From an uncultured Gammaproteobacteria bacterium (GTDB lineage Bacteria; Patescibacteriota; Patescibacteriia; UBA9934), in NCBI GenBank assembly GCA_964372415.1, contig CAYJQH010000003.1, forward strand, positions 24,923-88,922: a DNA stretch of 64,000 bases. The letters are read 5' to 3'. Numbering within the stretch: the first letter of the stretch is position 1; each line of letters begins with the position of its first letter. The notes under the pieces were generated by a model, which saw only the letters and a program-made list of their open reading frames with translations, was not told the origin of the DNA and did no database searches. This document shows, piece by piece, positions 58,937-64,000 of the stretch. The position numbers and the translations under genes were made by a program.

Positions 58937-59996
58937 TGACGACAAGATTTACGAAAAATACGACCCAGACGACGTTGGTTTTGGTATCGCAAACCTCCCG
59001 GAACAAATCCGTTTGGCTTGGCACGATACTCGAGAGCTCGAGGTGCCTCGTTTAACCAACAAAGTGAAAAATATCGTGCTCGTTGGCATGGGGGGTTCTG
59101 GACTTGGAGCCCATCTTTTAGAAACGGTGTTCGGCTCGCGGCTTAAGGTACCGTTTGTGGCAGTGCGTGATTATGAGCTTCCCGGTTGGGTCGATAATAA
59201 ATCACTCGTTATACTCTCAAGTTTTTCTGGTAATACTGAAGAAGTTTTAGCAATTGCTCTTGAAGCCAAGCGCCGCCGAGCCACAATTTTTACGATTGCC
59301 GCGGGCGGTCAACTAGCGGCCACAAAAAACGTCGCTGCTAGTTATCAATTTGTTCCCGGTGAATTAGCTAAACAGCCACGTTTTGGCGTCGGCTTTTCTT
59401 TTGCTGGCGTGGTGGGGCTTTTGGAGCGTGCAGGACTGCTTAAAGTTTCAACCTCAGAAATGAAGGCCATGATGACCGCCATGCACGAAGTGATTGATGT
59501 CTGTGCGGCAGACATTAAAACAAGTGAAAATCCAGCCAAAACTGTGGCCGCGGAGCTCGTGGGATACTCGGTTCTTGTGCTTGCTGCTCAGCATCTAGTT
59601 GGTGTAGCCCATGTCATGGCTAATAGTTTAAACGAAACAGCTAAACAATTTGCTACCTTTTTTGCGCTTCCCGAAATGAATCATCACTTGCTTGAGGGTC
59701 TGACATACCCCAAGTTTTTTGCTCCCCAAACAAAAGCGCTGCTTCTTGGCTCTACACTCTACAACTCTCGTCTGACACGACGCTCTTCTTTGACACTCGA
59801 AATGGTTGAGCGCCAAGGGGCTTCAGTTATTGAGTACGTGGCGGCTGGTAAAACTCCACTTGAGGAAATGGGAGAAGTTTTCCAGTTTGGAAGTTATGTA
59901 AGTTGGTACCTGGCGCTTCTTAATAAAGAAAATACTTTAGCCATCCCCTTTGTTGAAGAATTTAAGGAACGTTTACAAAAATCACCAAAAAAATAA
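58926..59996 (+). CDS. Bifunctional phosphoglucose/phosphomannose isomerase (SIS-domain, archaeal-type PGI/PMI)
   Basis: IVLVGMGGSGLGAHLL and tandem SIS-domain architecture. Confidence 0.7.
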   Translation: MNLDDDKIYEKYDPDDVGFGIANLPEQIRLAWHDTRELEVPRLTNKVKNIVLVGMGGSGLGAHLLETVFGSRLKVPFVAVRDYELPGWVDNKSLVILSSFSGNTEEVLAIALEAKRRRATIFTIAAGGQLAATKNVAASYQFVPGELAKQPRFGVGFSFAGVVGLLERAGLLKVSTSEMKAMMTAMHEVIDVCAADIKTSENPAKTVAAELVGYSVLVLAAQHLVGVAHVMANSLNETAKQFATFFALPEMNHHLLEGLTYPKFFAPQTKALLLGSTLYNSRLTRRSSLTLEMVERQGASVIEYVAAGKTPLEEMGEVFQFGSYVSWYLALLNKENTLAIPFVEEFKERLQKSPKK

Positions 59997-60011
59997 ACAC
60001 GCAGCTCAGGC

Positions 60012-60821
60012 TTAATGACGTTTTTGCATAAGCTGCGTGAAGATGTAGAAAACGATCTGGCGGTAGATTTCGCTCCAGGAAGAGGCGGTAGCACTGATGC
60101 TTTCCTCATCCCCCGAAGACCAGTCGTCCGTTTCGTCGAGCCCCTCGTCTTCGTCAGACCGGAGGTGGATGAGATGAGGTACAACGCCTTTCAAGCAACG
60201 CAGCTTCCAGTGATCGTTGTCGATGAAGATGTCGATGTTCCGGTCCGCGGCGACTTCTGATTTGTCGTGGTTCATGCCGACCCCGACAAATTCGACAAAC
60301 AATCCCTTAGACTTGAGCCACTTTTCGGCGATAGGTGACGACAGCGGCGAGCGGTTGCTCACGATGAGGAGTTTAACGCCGAGGGTTTGGCGAAGGCGAC
60401 GCAGGTAGAGCGCGGCATCGCGGTAGTCAGAGGCTTGGAGCCCGACCTCCTCAACCTCATACACTTGGCGTTTGACTTCCTGGTACTGGCGCAGCCTCAG
60501 GGTTTTGACTCCTCGCTTGATGTCTTCGCGCACCAAGCGTTCGTGGAGACGTGCCTCTTCAAGGCCCTTGATGCCATAAAGCTCTTCAGCCTTTTTGCGC
60601 TTGAGCTCGTTACTCGAGTACACCGTCTTGTCGAAGTCCACGCCCACAAGCACGGTGCGCTCGCTCGTGGCGAGCCAATTCCTAACCTCCCGCTCGACCA
60701 AGTCAAAGACCTCAGTGCAAAGCGGAATAGGCTGCAACTTGGGTTGCATTAATCCTCCTTCCGCCGAGCGGTTTGTGAATGATCTTGGACTTACGGTAAG
60801 GTCTTTATCTACTTGCGTCAA
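60012..60821 (-). CDS. HAD-superfamily hydrolase, 5'(3')-deoxyribonucleotidase-like
   Basis: Motif I VGVDFDKTV (DxDxT). Motif III/IV region (..IFIDNDHW..). Acidic C-terminal extension. Confidence 0.5.
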   Translation of the reverse strand: MTQVDKDLTVSPRSFTNRSAEGGLMQPKLQPIPLCTEVFDLVEREVRNWLATSERTVLVGVDFDKTVYSSNELKRKKAEELYGIKGLEEARLHERLVREDIKRGVKTLRLRQYQEVKRQVYEVEEVGLQASDYRDAALYLRRLRQTLGVKLLIVSNRSPLSSPIAEKWLKSKGLFVEFVGVGMNHDKSEVAADRNIDIFIDNDHWKLRCLKGVVPHLIHLRSDEDEGLDETDDWSSGDEESISATASSWSEIYRQIVFYIFTQLMQKRH

Positions 60822-60852
60822 GTGGTTTTTTTAGCTACCATCTTGGCTGCTT

Positions 60853-60942
60853 TGGAAAGGTGGCAGAGTGGTCGAATGCGCATGACTCGAAATCATGTAT
60901 GTCTGTAAGGGCATCGAGGGTTCGAATCCCTCCCTTTCCGCC
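60853..60942 (+). tRNA. tRNA-Ser (anticodon CGA), class II with long variable arm
   Basis: Anticodon arm CATGA-CTCGAAA-TCATG. 18-nt variable arm. T-arm GAGGG-TTCGAAT-CCCTC. G73. Encoded CCA. Confidence 0.85.
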
Positions 60943-61081
60943 AAGTTTTACATTCAGCGAAATTAAAAGAGGTTGGCGATTTAGCGTCGTGAGCAAGTCA
61001 GTGACTTTATCCGTTGGGGCCATGGACCGTAAGCAGTTTTGGTGGTAAAAATTGCTAAGGTCCACGATGTTTTCGCTATGA

Positions 61082-61927
61082 ATGATTGAAACAAATGTGC
61101 AATTTTTAAAAACTCAGGAGTGGAAAATTTTGTTAAGTGTCATCATTGGATTGTCTATAATATTCGCTTTTAGGCTGCTTATAAGTACAACAACGAATTC
61201 AGCCCAGCAGTCTAGTTCGATAAAAAACGCTGAAGAAAAAGTTAATTGGCAGCTTCGTGAAGGCGGGTTTTGGGTTGCGCAAGAAACTCCACCACCCTGT
61301 CCAGATCCGCTCCAGCTAGTCACACCAGTTGATGTATCGCTACAAACAGCTATTTTATATCCCGGTCAGGTGCGGGGCGGAGCCTATAAACCCCATGGTG
61401 GCTTCCGTTTTCCCGAATTAGATGAAAATCGGCTTACCGTTACCATCCCAATGGATGCAGAGGTCATACGCGGATCTCGAGCGTATCGCAATGGGGAAAA
61501 TCAGTACTCCTTTGAATTTATTGCGCCATGCGGAATTTGGTACTCGTTTGGTCATTTGCTAGAGTTAACACCGAAGTTTCAGGCATTGGCCGACAGTTTG
61601 CCGCTCATCAATGATGATGCCGAGGGGTTTCACACCACCCAGATTTTTTCATTGACCGAGCCGGTTCCGGTCACTGCCGGTGAGATCATTGCCACAAAGG
61701 TTGGTTACGCTATTTCTCACAACGTCTTTTTCGATTTTGGCGTATTGGATTTACGACAAACAAACGGATTTATTATTCGGTCTGAATGGGAAGAAAAATA
61801 CAGCGACCAGTTTGATCATTATGGGGTGTGTTGGCTGGATCTATTCTCGCCAGCTGATTCGGCAAAAATTAAAGCCTTACCCGGAGGTGATTTTGAGACC
61901 GGTAAGACAAGTGATTATTGTAATTAA
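61082..61927 (+). CDS. Hypothetical membrane-anchored protein (281 aa)
   Basis: N-terminal TM helix. Cys-containing extracytoplasmic domain. No motif. Confidence 0.4.
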   Translation: MIETNVQFLKTQEWKILLSVIIGLSIIFAFRLLISTTTNSAQQSSSIKNAEEKVNWQLREGGFWVAQETPPPCPDPLQLVTPVDVSLQTAILYPGQVRGGAYKPHGGFRFPELDENRLTVTIPMDAEVIRGSRAYRNGENQYSFEFIAPCGIWYSFGHLLELTPKFQALADSLPLINDDAEGFHTTQIFSLTEPVPVTAGEIIATKVGYAISHNVFFDFGVLDLRQTNGFIIRSEWEEKYSDQFDHYGVCWLDLFSPADSAKIKALPGGDFETGKTSDYCN

Positions 61928-62023
61928 AATTTTCTAGCAACGTAAAGAATTTTTACGTTAATCAAGCTCATTTTTAATAATTAAGTTATTGCATTTAGAT
62001 CGTGAGCCGATAATTTTTTATCG

Positions 62024-62920
62024 GTGTATAATGTTCGGGTTATGCCTGAGGCAAAAATTCGTAAGGCAATTATTCCGGTGGCTGGCATGGGAACGCGTTT
62101 TCTGCCTGCTACTAAAGCGCAGCCCAAAGAAATGCTGCCAATTGTTGATAAGCCGGTCATTCAATATATTGTTGAAGAAGCGGTCGCTGCGGGTATTGAA
62201 GAGGTCATTTTCGTGACAGCCATCGGCAAGCGTGCGCTTGAAGATCATTTTGACCGAAATTTTGAGCTCGAGTACCGCTTGGCTCAGAAGAAAAAAGATA
62301 AAGAACTAGAAGCTATTGAACGCATTGGCCGATTGGCTAAATTTGCCTTTGTAAGACAAGCCAAACCCATGGGTGATGGGCACGCTATTCTAGCCGCTGC
62401 TCCGTTTGTTGGCACGGACGAACCAGTGGCTGTGCTTTTTGGCGACGACATCATTACAAGCGAAGTGCCAGCTATCGGCCAGCTTATTGCTACTTACGAA
62501 AAGTACCATGACCCAGTGGTGGCTATTCAGGCGGTGCCCAAGGCAAAAGTTGGTAGCTACGGTGTGATTGGTGGCGTAAAGCTCGATGATGACACTTGGC
62601 AAATTGATGAGTTCGTTGAAAAGCCCGCGCCAGCCAAAGCGCCATCTAGTTTGGCGGTGGTTGGCAGATATGTGATCACGCCTGAAATTTTGCGTATTTT
62701 AGAAAAACAAAAACCCGGCAAAGATGGTGAAATTCGTTTAGCGGACGCCTTCGGTACCCACCTTGATAGGGGACACACTATGTACGGCTGCAAGTTCCAC
62801 GGTTTCCGGTATGATTGTGGTAACAAGTTTCAGTTTATTGTGGCTCAAATTGAGCTTGGCCTGAGACATCCAGAAGTAAAAAAAGATTTAAAAGCCTACC
62901 TTAAGGGTTTTTGCGAGTAG
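62024..62920 (+). CDS. galU: UTP--glucose-1-phosphate uridylyltransferase
   Basis: AIIPVAGMGTRFLPATKAQPKEMLPIVDKPVIQYIVEEA. Likely ATG start at 62042, 9 nt after a TGtATAAT -10-like element (62025-62032), suggesting a very short leader. Confidence 0.85.
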   Translation: MYNVRVMPEAKIRKAIIPVAGMGTRFLPATKAQPKEMLPIVDKPVIQYIVEEAVAAGIEEVIFVTAIGKRALEDHFDRNFELEYRLAQKKKDKELEAIERIGRLAKFAFVRQAKPMGDGHAILAAAPFVGTDEPVAVLFGDDIITSEVPAIGQLIATYEKYHDPVVAIQAVPKAKVGSYGVIGGVKLDDDTWQIDEFVEKPAPAKAPSSLAVVGRYVITPEILRILEKQKPGKDGEIRLADAFGTHLDRGHTMYGCKFHGFRYDCGNKFQFIVAQIELGLRHPEVKKDLKAYLKGFCE

Positions 62921-62923
62921 CCT

Positions 62924-64000
62924 ATGTTGCCTTTGCGTTCGATTTCACGTTTCTTACCGATTGCACTACTCCTGGCTCTCGGGGCAGGTTGTTTTGGCGG
63001 TGGCTCCGCGGCCAGTGTTGAGGAGATCGAGCTTAACTACTGGCGGGTCTACGATAATGAAGAAGCCTTCGAGGAAATTATTAAAGCCTACGAAACGCTG
63101 CACCCTAATGTCAAAATTAATTATCGTCGTTTGAGATCAGATGAGTATGAAGACGAACTTATCCGGGCCATTGCTGAAGGAAAGGGGCCGGATATTTTTT
63201 CCGTTCACAACACCAAAATCGGCGAGTTTGAGTCTTTGATGTTACCACTGCCGCCGTCGGTGCGCGTTGCTTATCTTGAAACCAAAGGCACGCTTCGCAA
63301 AGAGACGGTTCTTGTGGAGCGTGTTCAGGCCACTCTAAGTCAAAAAGCTTTAAGCGAACGTTATGTTGACGTTGTTTTAAGCGACGTGCTTCGCAGCTAC
63401 CGCCCCGACCCAGAAGTTGATCCGCAATTGCGTGTTTTCGGGTTGCCTCTCTCGGTTGATACGCTCGTCATGTTGTACAACAAAGATCTGACGAATGCCG
63501 CCGGTGTATCTACGGTGCCAACTACTTGGGACGAGTTTCAAGAAGCCGTGCGCAAGCTCACCGTGTATGGTGATGACGGCACTATCAGTCAATCCGGAGG
63601 AGCGATCGGCACTACGGGTAACGTGGAGCGATCGTCGGACATCGTCTCTCTTCTCATGATGCAAAACGGGGTCCAAATGACAGATAGTCGTGGTCGAGTG
63701 TCATTCCACGAAGTGCCTCGGGGCACGCCACGAGGTATTTTTCCCGGTATTGATGCCGTGCGTTTTTACACCGATTTTGCCAACCCGGTTAAGGATGTTT
63801 ATACCTGGAATGAAACTTTCCCCAGTTCATTTGAGGCCTTCGCCAACGGTCAAACCGCATTTTTCTTTGGCTACAGCTATCATCTCCCACTCCTTAAGGC
63901 TGCTTCACCGCAATTAAATATTGCGGTCGCAAAGGTGCCCCAAATAGCCGGTGGCAAACAAGTGAATTTTGCTAATTATTGGGTCGAAGCTGTGTCGCGC
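62924..64000 (+). CDS. Extracellular solute-binding lipoprotein (ABC transporter substrate-binding, family 1), 3' end outside window
   Basis: Lipobox LALGAGC. Pattern typical of sugar-binding SBPs (..IFSVHNTKIGEF.., ..WDEFQEAVRKLT..). Open to the window end, in frame. Confidence 0.6.
   Translation, partial: MLPLRSISRFLPIALLLALGAGCFGGGSAASVEEIELNYWRVYDNEEAFEEIIKAYETLHPNVKINYRRLRSDEYEDELIRAIAEGKGPDIFSVHNTKIGEFESLMLPLPPSVRVAYLETKGTLRKETVLVERVQATLSQKALSERYVDVVLSDVLRSYRPDPEVDPQLRVFGLPLSVDTLVMLYNKDLTNAAGVSTVPTTWDEFQEAVRKLTVYGDDGTISQSGGAIGTTGNVERSSDIVSLLMMQNGVQMTDSRGRVSFHEVPRGTPRGIFPGIDAVRFYTDFANPVKDVYTWNETFPSSFEAFANGQTAFFFGYSYHLPLLKAASPQLNIAVAKVPQIAGGKQVNFANYWVEAVSR

Noticed and set aside
60012-60821. 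HAD nucleotidase gene as a horizontally acquired islet (lone minus-strand gene next to tRNA-Ser, slightly higher GC)
   Set aside because: The GC difference is small (a few percent by eye). There are no flanking repeats or mobility genes. It is insufficient to call an island.
1-64000. CRISPR arrays, rRNA operons, IS elements/transposases, toxin-antitoxin pairs
   Set aside because: I scanned for regularly spaced direct repeats, 16S/23S signatures and transposase-like ORFs and found none in this window.

Overview
This 64 kb window reads as one contiguous chromosomal segment from a compact-genome bacterium. It uses the standard genetic code (TGA/TAA/TAG all serve as stops) and is roughly 50% GC. 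Operons are short and tightly packed, reminiscent of a streamlined or Patescibacteria-like organism, though taxonomy cannot be verified from sequence alone.

Content in order:
- Translation and replication genes at the left end: ftsK (partial), efp-epmA, rpsF-ssb-rpsR, a CHRD-domain gene interrupted by an in-frame TAA, a Trm11-like methyltransferase, a sigma-70 gene, ychF.
- A ~13 kb minus-strand surface-protein operon (10.3-23.6 kb). It encodes a TPR/O-antigen-ligase-like membrane protein, a ~2,200-aa repetitive giant secreted protein, a Pro-Glu-linker polytopic protein, and two smaller secreted/anchored proteins. This operon is my best candidate for an undescribed cell-surface or attachment system.
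- A tRNA island with tRNA-Ala(CGC) and tRNA-Arg(CCT), then rmuC, rpsT, holA, a gmk-like gene, polA.
- tRNA-His(GTG) and tRNA-Arg(TCT) beside a tyrosine recombinase and two orphan genes.
- rpsO, a NYN-domain gene, pnp, a membrane protein, then a 600-nt gap with a dense DnaA-box cluster.
- A dksA-like gene, lspA, comM, a LysM-M23 peptidase, tig, nfo, a DUF167 gene, a HExxH protein.
- The origin neighbourhood: yidD-rnpA-rpmH | oriC | dnaA-dnaN.
- PBP1A, a 3D-domain gene, a lipoprotein, tRNA-Cys(GCA), and a redox/Fe-S block (VIT, redoxin, cysteine desulfurase, ferredoxin, FAD oxidoreductase).
- PGI/PMI, a HAD nucleotidase, tRNA-Ser(CGA), a hypothetical protein, galU and a partial solute-binding protein.

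Extra signals, all developed under findings: a family of covarying ~65-75 nt hairpin elements abutting tRNA genes, a shared leader block on both tRNA-Arg genes, intrinsic terminators, and a structured rpmH-rnpA spacer. No CRISPR array, rRNA or transposase was found.
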